DNA of 64,000 nucleotides from Octopus sinensis (taxonomy: Eukaryota), in the NCBI RefSeq assembly GCF_006345805.1, contig NC_043011.1, positions 44,590,464-44,654,463 on the forward strand, written 5' to 3'. A model generated the notes under the pieces. It searched no databases, was not told the origin of the DNA, and saw nothing but the letters and a program-made list of their open reading frames with translations. Numbering within the stretch: position 1 is the first letter of the stretch; every line of letters begins with the position of its first letter. This document shows, one piece after another, positions 10,650-22,462 of this stretch. The position numbers and the translations under genes are program-made.

Positions 10650-11010
10650 AAACTGTGGTCTGACATTGCTGAAAAGAGCTCAATGGGATATGGGCAAAGA
10701 GAAATGACCAATGGACCTAGTTATGGATTCCATTTGTTATTTACAAGAACAGAAAGAAGAAGAGAACTGATTCCTTCATCGGTCAGAATGGCCTGGTGGG
10801 CTGAAATACAGACCTGGGAACACAAAGAACAACCTAGGTTCAAATCCCACTGGAGACAGGATTTTGGAAAACAGCAGGAGGACACCTATGTGTCATGACC
10901 TGGGTGGGCCTAGTTCCCGTAGTGTCAAGTATAAGGGCTGAAACACTTGTCAGATGGGAATTCTTCCTCTGAAGAGATCTCTCCATTGTGTGCTTGACTG
11001 TTTTTTTGTT
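10650..11010 (+). mobile_element. Second HERO-like 3' end, inserted in the mariner
   Basis: DIAEKSSM/IWAKRND (frameshifted) resembles the HERO C-terminus. The 3' UTR has the same GTGTC...GGGCTGAAACAC...CTGANGAG architecture as 1718-1790. Confidence 0.6.
10910..10980 (+). ncRNA. Candidate non-circularly permuted hammerhead ribozyme (copy 2)
   Basis: AGUGUC (10921-10926) pairs with GAAACACU (10940-10947). Outer helix is UUCCCGU/AUGGGAA. CUGAAGAG lies at 10969-10976. Stem I is degenerate (5 of 8 pairs). Confidence 0.5.
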
Positions 11011-12329
11011 TGTTTTTTTTGGTGGGGGAGGATGTTCCCTAAGCTGAAGGAGAAGATGAAGGAGGCTGTGACAAGGGCCCTGGATACCTTCACTTTGAAG
11101 GACTTTCATAGGGGCCCTTCACGAAGTAACTGGAACACTACAAGTGCACTGAAGTCAGACGAGCCTACTTTGAAGAAGATTAGAGTTTGGTACTTCTTTG
11201 AAATTAATAAACGTCTCTCCTGAAAAAGTCTTAAAACATCTGGAATGCACGTTATTAAAATCACACATTACTAAAATCACACATTACGACCACACACCAC
11301 TAAAACTACCGAACAAACTACAATTAAACTACAACTCCTCAGAAATCTTGTCATTATGTTTGTTGCTATGGTTGTTGCTGTTTTTGCTTAGTCCTAGGTC
11401 AGCTTCAATCCAGAAGACCTAGTATTGAAGGTGTTCCAGTCATGACCACCCCATCTTTTTATACCATGTACAATGAACTCAGCACTATATATCATCCAAC
11501 ACATCCTTTTCTAACAGTAATGTGTGACTTGAAAGAAGTATGGCTGTTATTTGTAACAGATCAAACAACCACATAAAATTTCACTTGGATCTTGATGATA
11601 TAATATAGTTGTTGTTATTGCTGTTGTTATTGCTGCTGCTGCTGTTGCTGTTGCTGCTGCTGTAGTTGTTGTTGTTGTTTGTTTGTTGTTGCTTCAAAGT
11701 ATCGCCCATTCATGGCTAATCTCTTTCAAATCTATTTTTAGAAACTACTAACTTTATTTGTGATTCCTTAATTACAGAACCTGATGTGGGGGGGGGGTGA
11801 AGTGAAGAGGAGGGAGTTGGGGGGTGGACGACAATGACAAGGAGGAAGGGAAGTGTGGGAGGAGGTGGGAGAGAAGGAGGCAGAGATAACTTTACCATTT
11901 CTACAGAATTCCTTTTTAATTTCCTTCAGATATGAAAGATTTTGAATAGATTTGTTATAGGTGTTGGGTGAGTTGATGGTGGTGGTGGTGGTGGTGGTGG
12001 TGATAGTGAAGATGGTGGAGATAGCAATGATGATAGTGGGGACAGTGATGTTGGTAGTGGTGGAGGTGGGGGTGATAGTGATGGTGATAATGATGGTGGT
12101 GGTGGTGGTGAGGCTTCTGGTGCATTGATGGATGTAGTGGTAGCAGTGGTAATGTTGGGAGATAGTGGTGGTGGTGGTGGTAACTGGTGTAGTAACAACG
12201 GTAATACATTGGTAGTTGTAGTGACGGTTAAACTGTCTAGATCTAAATTTTAGTTCTTTTGAACTGATATTGGTGTACACTGACTTCATGTTTACAACTG
12301 TCAGTTGCAGTTTGACTGTCACTTCACAG

Positions 12330-13045
12330 TTATACCACAGTCACAATTAGTCACATTAATGTTGCATTAGTTACACCATTGGCACACCATTATTACATAA
12401 GTTACACTACTGTCACACTACAGTTACCCTACAGTCACACCTTTGCCACACTACATGCCCACTGCACTCTCCAGTCACACTACATTCACACTACAATCCC
12501 ACTGATGTGATACTACAATTATATTACAGTCACACCAGTTACACACCAATAACACTAGAGTTACAGTGATGCCCCACTTGTCACACTAGACACACTACAG
12601 TTACACTACAATTATGTTAGTCACATTCATACAGCCAGTTACACTCCCATCACACTAGAATTACAGTGATGTTCCACTTGTCACATACAGACACACTAGA
12701 GTGACTACAGCCAACTACAGTTACACTACAATTATGTTCCAATCATATTTAGCCACACAGTTATGTTACACTACTGTCACACTACAGTCACACCTTTGTC
12801 ACACTACATGCCCACTACACTCCCCAGTCACACTACAATCCCACTGATGTGATACTACAATCACATTACACTCACACCAGTTACACACCAATCACACTAG
12901 AGTTACAGTGATGTCCCACTTGTCACACTACAGACACACTAGAGAAACTACAACCAAATTTCAGTTACACTACAATTATGTTCCAGTCACATTTAGTCAC
13001 ACAGTTATGTTACAATACAGTTACATTACAGTTACTGCAGTCGTA
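12330..13045. repeat. Degenerate ~10-bp minisatellite (CAGTTACACT/CAGTCACACT-like) with higher-order duplication
   Basis: Recurrent acactacagt units. The block starting gttacactactgtcacacta recurs at about 12401 and 12765. Confidence 0.8.
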
Positions 13046-13602
13046 TTACTACAGCAACATGACTCTAGTATTGCAGACAGCAACAGAGAAACAAAATGAT
13101 TCCATCTACGTATCCATCCTTCTAGCCACTCCCCCATCCACCTCTTGAACAACCTCCCTATCCTGCCATACATCCATTCACCTCACTGCCCTTCCACCCA
13201 ACAGTCCACCCCACTCCGTCTGTCCACCTTCTGCACCAAAGACTCAAACATCGATTTTTAAGCAGCTTTCTCATAATGCCTGACATTTTCATAAAATCTT
13301 ACAGCAGAACATATGCATGTGTGTGTTTGTATGTGTGTTATGCTTACGGGTTGCATGAATGTGAATTCTGTGTGCGGTATCTGTATGAACATATGTGTGT
13401 CTGTGCATTTGTATGTGGAGGCAGGGAGATCTATGTATGGTATTTCAATAAGCAAGTGGAAGAAAATGTACTCAACACAAGTAGTAGAGCTCATTAATTT
13501 CAATGACAACCCACTTCACTACTACTCGAAGTTTCTTGCCATGCTATCCTAATGGTGGAAATATACATATATGAAATAGACACAGAGAACACACACAATG
13601 TG

Positions 13603-13928
13603 AAGGTGCATGGCTCAGTGGTTAGGCTCACAATCATGAGGTAGTGAGTTCAATTCCTGGACTGGGTTGTGTGTTGTGTTCTTGAGCAAGACACTTTATT
13701 TCATGTTGCTCCAGTTCACTAACCAGTAGAAATGATTTGTGATGTCACAGACACCAAGCTGTATCGGCCTTTGCCATTCTCTTGGATAACACCAGTGGTA
13801 AGGAGAGGGGAAGCTGGTATACATGGATGACTGCTAGTCATCCATAAATAAATCTGCCCAGATTTGTGCCTTAGAGGAGAACTTTCTAGGTGCAATCCCA
13901 TGGTCATTCATGACCGAAGGTGGTCTTT
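13603..13928 (+). mobile_element. tRNA-headed SINE related to family C, with a different body
   Basis: Head tggctcagtggttag...gagttcaattcc followed by gttcttgagcaagacactttatttc. Related minus-strand copies at 8880-9012, 16000-16252 and 29270-29560. Confidence 0.75.
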
Positions 13929-13930
13929 AC

Positions 13931-13968
<38 letters not shown>

Positions 13969-14012
13969 CACACACACACACACATATATATATGCATATA
14001 TATATATATATA

Positions 14013-14859
14013 CAGGGTGTGATGGATAAATTGTCACCATTTTAGCTTTAATTTCGCACATGCGCATTGTTTGTTTTTTATTTTGTCGACTACACAGTAT
14101 AGTAAGGTCAGTTGGGCACTGTTTGTGAGAAAAAACAGCAGCATGACGCAATTCACTCAGCCAGAAATTTGGAAATGACATGCTGTACTGCTTGGCATTC
14201 GTGACAGAGGCTCCAATATGAAGATTTCAGAGTGTTTGTGTGCCTATATGAGAGCAGTGCAATCTGAGGACATGTACTGAGAGTGATAAAAATCAAACAT
14301 CCAGTCAACATCATGGTGTTTGGAGTGATCACTAATGATAGCAACATTATGCCTCCATTCATCTTCCCACATGGCCTCAGACTCATCACAGAGGCCTACA
14401 TCAAGTGCCTGGAGGAGGTGGTGCTGCCCTGGATCAAGAGGGTGGCTGCTGGAAGACTCTGCACCATGCCACAAATGCAGGAGAAAGAAGTCATGTCTGT
14501 CAAATAATTTCTGTGACTACATCAACCCTAACATCTAGTCACCTAACTCCCCAAACTGCAACCCCCTTGATTATTACGTGTGGGACACAGTTGAGCGAGA
14601 GACCAACAAACTCCTTGCAACACCAAAGATGAACTGAAAGCATTCACCAACTTAAACAAGGAGACCATCCAGAAGAGTTGCAGGAGATTCCGAAGTTGCT
14701 CAGGGGCCATGGTTGAAGCCAATGGCGATTTTACTGAATAAATTTACTCTTTAGTATCCCAAGATATTTTTATGCAATCTAAGTAAATATATGTTAAAAT
14801 GAGATGTCAGTGTTATTTTCATTTTTGCATAATTTAAACAGTTTATTCACTGCACCCTG
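14013..14859 (+). mobile_element. Internally deleted Tc1/mariner-superfamily transposon (maT/DD37D-like)
   Basis: TIR CAGGGTG...CACCCTG within (TA)n. Remnants: KHPVNIMVFGVITNDSNIMPPFIF, DSAPCH, PNSPNCNPLDYYVW, VEANGDF. Confidence 0.8.
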
Positions 14860-14890
14860 TGTATATATATATATATATATAATATATATA

Positions 14891-14954
<64 letters not shown>

Positions 14955-15278
14955 GTATTTATACATATGTACAAGCAGACAGAGAGATAGATAGGGAGAG
15001 AGAGAGAGAGAGGGATAGGCTGATAGTGACTTAGTCAAGTGCTGACAGTAAAGTAAGGCTGAGCTTGAGTGAGAGTGAGTGCATATAAAATATGGAAGTG
15101 TTAACAGATATATAGCTATCTTTGTAACGTTGCTTACTAATTTACTTACATACTACTTGAACTACTACTATAATCTCTCTAATCTATCCAAATGAAGCAG
15201 GATTATCTTCCTCAAATGTTTCACATATTTACAGCTATAAATAGACAGATCTTAATATCTGTATTTAAGTGTGTGTGT

Positions 15279-15339
<61 letters not shown>

Positions 15340-16509
15340 TGAGAGAGGGGGGATGAGAGGGAGAGAGAGAGAACTTGTATTAGAGTTGGTTCATGATGCA
15401 CAAGGACTGCTTCATACTTCAGAATCTGTTTTTGCATGATTTCTGTGACTTGATGGCCAGTGCGTACTGGGTGCTTGATTTTTAGTGCCTTATGTGGGAA
15501 GGGTGAACTTTATGTTAGAAGAATAAGGAATAAAAGAGGAGTAAAGTATGAGAGAAAAGGTCTGAAATAGAATAGGTTTCTTGTTGAAGGGGAGTTACAT
15601 CACTACTCATATTTTCAGAAGAGAGGGGGTTCAGGTGGAGATAGAAGAGTGAGTGAATGAGTAAGCGAGTGAGAAAGCGCACGCGCATGCATGCATGCGC
15701 GTGTGTCTATCTATCCATCTATCCATATCTATACAGATATAGATATAATTTAATAAACACAATATACATATTTATGTGCTACTATTAGTTTCATGTGCTG
15801 AGACCATGCCAAACAGTATTTTTTTTAAAATCTGGACCGAAATCTCAAGGTAAACTTAGTAAAGAGCAAGGTACTAGCATGAAGAAAAGCAGACGGAACT
15901 CAATTGTCATCAGGGAAGTAGCTATACTTGATAAAAATTTCATATAGCATAAAGCAGGCAAGGGCAACCTTTTATGAATAGCAGGCTACATGCAGCATAA
16001 AGGTAAATTTACCTTCTCGAGTTGAAGCAACTCATAAGAGTTGGTTACCTGGTTTCATAGCATATATATTTCCCACCTGGACTGGACACCAGTCAGTCAC
16101 AGGATTACTCGTTTTGCCAGCTGAGTAGACAAGAGCAATATGAAACGGACTGTTTTGATCAAGAACATAACACGTCACCCAACTCAGGAATCAAAACCAC
16201 AATCTCACAATCACGAGTCCAACACCCTAACCCCTCAGCCACATGCCTCCACATAAGACATGGTTCATCATCAAGCAAATTGCATTACTAATAGCATTCA
16301 AGGTAATTTTTTGCTGGGCGAGCAATTCAGAAAGCCCTACAAGCTGCAGTTTGCTCATAACTGGTATAAGGTACAGACGAACAGCATGAGGTGTAACCAG
16401 CTCACAGCCTGGTTGACAGAGGAGGTAAGCATCATGTGACAGGTGCATAGATTAATAAATAGTACAATGAATAAGTAGTAGTAGTATAAATGCAAGTGAA
16501 ATAACTAAG

Positions 16510-17095
16510 ACAGCTTACTAGAAGTAATCGATAGCTTTTGTTACCTAGGTGACCTAATTAACAGGGTAGGTGTGTGTACAGATAGCTTTGCAGTCAGAGT
16601 AAGAATGGGGTGGAGAAAGTTCAGGGAGTCACTAATATGCAGACATCAGGGTCTCTCCCCGCCCCCCTTTCTCTCTCTCTCTCTCAGTGAAAAGTAGGTT
16701 GTACGAGACATGTGTGCAGACAACAGCAATGCATGGTAAAGAGATCTGGGCATCGAATGTAAGGTATTTTTGCAAAGACTAGAAAGAAATGGAGTCAGCA
16801 TGCTCTGCTAGGTGTATCATGTTGGTGGACTTGTGAACAAAGGAGCCCAAATGAGCTGAAAGAAAAACTGGGTATAAGAGGGACCAGATAAAGCATGCTG
16901 TAGTGGTATGGGTATGAGATGTGTATGAAGGATGACAGATGCATAAGGGAGTATTGAGTGCTTGAAGCGGATCAAACCCATGGAAGAGGGAGATATGGAA
17001 TGATGTAATGAAGACTGATTTCAAGATGCTGAATCTCATGAAAGACCATAACAATAGGTGACATGAGGTGCTGGACATACCAACCCATCTGTAGA
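16510..17095 (+). mobile_element. Old, decayed RTE LINE ORF 3' fragment
   Basis: LEVIDSFCYLGDLI...RVRMGWRKFRESL...VKSRLYETCVQTTAMHGKEIW, with multiple frameshifts. Confidence 0.8.
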
Positions 17096-17103
17096 AACAT
17101 CAT

Positions 17104-17340
17104 AAGGTGGTGAGCTGGCAGAAACGTTAGCACACCAGGCGAAATGCTTAGCGGTATTTTGTTTGCCATTATGTTCTGAGTTCAAATTCCGCCGAGGTCG
17201 ACTTTGCCTTTCATCCTTTCGGGGTCAATAAATTAAGTACCAGTTATGCACTGGGATCGATGTAATTGACTTAATCCCTTTGTCTGTCCTTGTTTGTCCC
17301 CTTTATGTTTAGCCCCTTGTGGGCAATAAAGAAATAAGAA
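17104..17340 (+). mobile_element. SINE family B, full length
   Basis: Complete head, central domain and 3' tail cccctt...aaagaaataag. Confidence 0.85.
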
Positions 17341-18638
17341 ACATCATAAATTTGTGTTGAAAATGGAGACTGGGGTGTATAATCAATCCTCACCTAGACC
17401 CCTTTCTCTTTTTTTAGTGGTCTCTCTAACACTGACTTTGCAGTTTCTTTGAGAACAATCTACACTGATGATTTTTTTTACCTCCATCAAATTCACATTA
17501 CCTGTACAGGTGCATAGTGTACTACACATCAGATGTTGAAGTGATCGCAGAGTAACATGAAATGAAATATTTTGCTGAAGAACCCAATGAACTACCTGGT
17601 CCAAAAATCAAAACCATGATTTTGCAGTTGTGAGTGCATTAAGCACTAGGCCATGAGCCCATTATATATCCCTGTTAATCTTCTGCCGGCTATCATCGCT
17701 GTCTCTTTGATACCCTCTTATCTCCCCACCCCACACTCTCTCCTACTCACTCTACGATGATGATTAATGATGACAGCTTTGGATCTAGTCCAATCCAATT
17801 GCCACAACCACCATCACTACCTCTCTCCATCTATCTCTCTTATCGCAATGCCTGTTTAGTGATGGATCACATAATTCTCCCTTGCCATCGCCTGCCTCTA
17901 TGACTACTTAAAACTTGGACTCTCAGTAAATGGTAAACATTAGTACCTCTCCTTCAATTACAATCTCTCTTCCATTCCTCCCTCCAACACATTTTAAACA
18001 TTTTTTATTCCCTCCTTTCACACTGATCACTCTGATTCTACTAATCACACTTTCACTCTCTCACTCCAGTTTATCTTCTGTTCTACCCCTCTTTTCTAGT
18101 CACCCTCACAGATCATGTAACCCAGAACAAGTATATATACAATGCAGAGTAGTGAAAACTCTTTAGTCTTGCAGAGAACAAAGCAAATCCACTAGTGCTG
18201 GTGCCATGATAAAATGCATTCAGTATAATCTATAAGGAGGTTAGAGTTATGACGGGCATCCAGCTATAGAAGCCATGATAAAATTAAATATATGAGGAGA
18301 TGCTGAAAACTTCCTGGCTTTGGGTAAAAGAAAATATAGGCGGATCAGTTAATTATGATATTATTAAACACATTCTCCTCTCAGATTCACACACTTATTG
18401 CAGCAGTCCTTCTGTTTTCCTAAGGCCTATAAAAGAACTCCAAAGGTTATGCCTCCGACCAACCAGGCTTTTTGTGATACCCCTAAAGCCAGGAACTTTT
18501 CAGCATTTCAAGAAAGATGAGGCCCATTGCCCTACCTTAGCAGGCAGAGTATCCGAAGAAAAACTAACTTGAATTATAAGGAATCAGCCAACCCATGCTA
18601 TTATGAAAAGCAAATGAAAGATGTGTGTGGGTGTGTGT

Positions 18639-18673
<35 letters not shown>

Positions 18674-18707
18674 TGTGTATATATATATATATATATATAG
18701 CTATATA

Positions 18708-19081
18708 CGAGTGGCTGTGTGGTAAGAAGCTTGCTTCCCAATCACATGGTTCCGGGTTCAGTCCCACTGCGTGGCACCTTCGGCAAGTGTCTTCTACTAT
18801 AGCCTCGGGCCAACCAAAGCCTTCTGAGTGGATTTGGTAATTTGGTAGGCAGAAACTGAAAGAAGCCCGTCGTGCGTCTTTGTGTGTCTGTGTTTGTCCC
18901 TCCACCATCACTTTGGCAACCGATGTTGGTGTGTGTACATTCCCATAACTTAGCAGTTCGGCAAAAGAGAACAATAGAATAAATACTAGGTTTACAAAGA
19001 ATAAGTCCTGGGGTCGATTTCTTTGACTAAAGGTGGTGCTTCAGCATGGCTTTAGTCAAATGACTGAAACAAGTAAAAGAG

Positions 19082-19082
<1 letters not shown>
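18708..19082 (+). mobile_element. SINE family A (tRNA head, ccttgggcaagtg core, internal microsatellite, 3' aaatgactgaaacaagtaaaaga)
   Basis: A-box tggctgtgtggtaag and B-box ggttcagtcc. Many copies or half-copies, e.g. 21153-21565+, 30005-30438-, 31008-31375+, 36868-37246+, 57190-57565-, 58740-59110+. Confidence 0.85.
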
Positions 19083-19143
<61 letters not shown>

Positions 19144-19166
19144 GCTGCAGACCTCGATTAAATTCA

Positions 19167-19248
19167 GGCGACTCGCTGATGAAGCTGGCCTTAGCAAACA
19201 TATTCTGTGTTTTGCTAGAAAGAAGCAGAAACCGCGGTACGAGTTGTT
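19167..19248 (+). ncRNA. Minimal type-I hammerhead ribozyme motif (Penelope-like pLTR fragment)
   Basis: Stem I GGCGACUCG/CGAGUUGUU, CUGAUGA at 19176-19182, long stem II, GAAA at 19228-19231, palindromic stem III ACCGCGGU, and a GUA cleavage triplet at 19237-19239. Confidence 0.75.
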
Positions 19249-19689
19249 AAAGTTATCGGTAAACGTTTTTGATTTTCACTCTCGATAAATTCATCCCCTT
19301 TTTATGTTCCCAGCACTCGGCATCTTTATTTAGGAGCCCTTAATTGTATAACTACATGAATAATATTTTTCTATATGAATAATATTTTTGTCTTATGACT
19401 AATTCGTCTTTTGTGCTGGGCACCTGGTAGTAAATAATATTACTACCCTTCTTGTTTATATATATATATATATAATCACATCTGTTGTTGTTACTGATGA
19501 TGATCGTGTGTGCACCCATAAACACACACACACACACACACAGGGTACACATATTACTACCATCTGTTCTCAAACCAGACAGAGAAAACCTCTCTTCAGA
19601 TACTGCCTCTGGGGACAGAACAGATTATGTATGGGAATTACAAAGAGCATGTGTGCATGCAAGTCTCATATATATATGTGCGTGTGTGT

Positions 19690-20476
19690 GTGTGTGTGTG
19701 TGTTGTGTGTGTGTGTGTATACATATATACACACACACATATATATATATATATCATCATCATCTCTATTAATATTTCACATACACTTTCATGTACAGAA
19801 TGCAAACATACTGCACTCCACCATGAGTTGGAGCCCTGCATCTCACTCATGTGTATGAATGTGGTTTTGTATACCGTTCCATGTCTTGACATCACATGAA
19901 GCGAGCACCGTCATCATATAAGTGAGGTTGTTCATTTCCAGTAGTCTATGAAAAACATTTGACCATGGGGGAAATATTACCTTGTTTGGAATCAGGTGAG
20001 GGATCATGACAAGAAGGGCATCCAGCGATAGAGAATCTGACTTGACAAATTCCATCTTATTACCGCAAGCATGGAAAAGCGGAACTAAATGATGATGATG
20101 ATCGTATGCCTGGCACCTGTGCAGGTGGCATGTAAAAAGCACCCACTACACTCACGGAGTGGTTGGCGTTAGGAAGGGCATCCAGCTGTAGAAACATTGC
20201 CAGATAAGACTGGAGCCTGGTGCAGCCTTCTGGCTTCCCAGATCCCCGGTCGAACTGTCCAACCCATGCTAGCATGGAGAACGGATGTTAAACGATGATG
20301 ATGATGATGATGATATATATATAGGCATGGCTGTATGGTAAGAAGCTTGCTCCCAACCACATGTCTCCGGTTTCAGTCCCACTGTATGGCATCTTGGGCA
20401 AGTGTCTTCTATTATAGCTTAAGGCCAACCAAAGCCATGTGAGTGGATTTGGTAGATGGAAACTGAAAGAAACCTG

Positions 20477-20524
<48 letters not shown>

Positions 20525-21325
20525 TGTGTGTGTGTTGTGTGTGTGTGTATACATATATACACACACACATATATATATATATATATCATCATCATCTCTA
20601 TTAATATTTCACATACACTTTCATGTACAGAATGCAAACATACTGCACTCCACCATGAGTTGGAGCCCTGCATCTCACTCATGTGTATGAATGTGGTTTT
20701 GTATACCGTTCCATGTCTTGACATCACATGAAGCGAGCACCGTCATCATATAAGTGAGGTTGTTCATTTCCAGTAGTCTATGAAAAACATTTGACCATGG
20801 GGGAAATATACCTTGTTTGGAATCAGGTGAGGGATCATGACAGAAGGGCATCCAGCGATAGAGAATCTGACTTGACAAATTCCATCTTATTACCGCAAGC
20901 ATGGAAAAGCGGAACTAAATGATGATGATGATCGTATGCCTGGCACCTGTGCAGGTGGCATGTAAAAAGCACCCACTACACTCACGGAGTGGTTGGCGTT
21001 AGGAAGGGCATCCAGCTGTAGAAACATTGCCAGATAAGACTGGAGCCTGGTGCAGCCTTCTGGCTTCCCAGATCCCCGGTCGAACTGTCCAACCCATGCT
21101 AGCATGGAGAACGGATGTTAAACGATGATGATGATGATGATGATATATATATAGGCATGGCTGTATGGTAAGAAGCTTGCTTCCCAACCACATGTCTCCG
21201 GTTTCAGTCCCACTGTATGGCATCTTGGGCAAGTGTCTTCTATTATAGCTTAAGGCCAACCAAAGCCATGTGAGTGGATTTGGTAGATGGAAACTGAAAG
21301 AAACCTGCTGTGTGTGTGTGTGTGT
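19690..21325. repeat. ~830-bp near-identical tandem duplication
   Basis: For example tccatcttattaccgcaagc occurs at 20051 and 20881. Breakpoints lie in (TG)n. The differences seen are mostly 1-nt indels. Confidence 0.95.
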
Positions 21326-22462
21326 GTGAGCCTTTGTGCTTGCATTTGACCCCCATCACTGTTTGACCAATGGTGTTGGTGTCTTTATGTCCCCATAATT
21401 TAGCAGTTGGGCAAAAGGGGCTGACAGAATAAGTGCTAGGCTTAAAAGAAAATCAAAAATTAAAATTACTGGGGGTAGATTCCTTCAATTAAATATTCTT
21501 CAAGGTGGTGCCCCAGCATGGCCACAGTCTACTGACTGCAACTAGAGAAGGACAAACGATAAAAGATATATATCTGGCCAGCCGTAGAAACGTTGCCAGA
21601 TAAGACCGGAGCCTGGTGCAGCCTTCTGGCTTCCCAGATCCCCGGTCGAACAGTCCAACCTATGCTAGCATGGAGAACGGACGTTAAACAATGATGATGA
21701 TAGACATACATACACAGTGATGTTAATAAGTTCAGTCAAGTTTCTATAATGCGGGGAGAAGAGGGGGCCCCATGGCGCCAGGACATAACCAGACTCACCA
21801 ACATCAGTAGATATAGTGTTTGCCAATGCAAACCAACACCAACACCAGCATCGCTAGACTTGCATTCAACTGTTGAGTGAATTAGTAAAACCGGTCATTT
21901 GGTCAACAAACTACACATGTACACCGGCCATAGTAGTAGTAGTAGCAGTAGTAGTAGTAGTAGTCAATGACTACAATATTGACCAATTGACCAACATGGT
22001 CAGATGATGTTTAAAAAGAACAGCTGGCAATCAATGTACCATTAAACAGTTTGTGTACACAAGTAGTAGTAGTAGTAGTAATAGTAGTAGTAGTAGTATG
22101 TATACACACACACATATATATACAAACTATATTCACATGTATATTTACATATACATGTATGTGTGTATAAATATGTATGTGTAAATACACACACACACAT
22201 ATATATATATATATGCAAACATATATATATGTGTGTGATTTTTATAAGTAAATACACACACACATATATACCCATATATTTATGTATACATGTGTGTGTG
22301 TGTGCATGTGTATGTATGCATGCGTGTATCTGAGTATGAGTGAGTGAAATCAATCAATTTCATTACAATGTAGGCTGTATATATAGCGATAAATATGCAT
22401 GCTTGTTCATAATAATAAAGTCAATAAGGTTATGTGATCTCTATCAATCTCTTTATCTCACT

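Larger units (their letters stand above)
9348..11254 (+). mobile_element. Decayed mariner transposon with nested RTE-UTR, SINE B and HERO-like insertions
   Basis: TIRs taagaggcattccagaagttttaaaacatttttaggagac / ctctcctgaaaaagtcttaaaacatctggaatgcacgtta with TA ends. Transposase remnants: IKLGESTAEIFEML, QENAPV, HLPSSLDLSP (cf. HPPYSPDLAP), MFPKLKE, YFEED*. Confidence 0.8.

Noticed and set aside
11768-12322. Thr/Pro/His-rich mucin-like ORFs (also 24125-24638, 27359-27945, 47888-48985)
   Set aside because: Degenerate (CAC)/(TAC)n trinucleotide fields open in several frames, with no splice or domain support.
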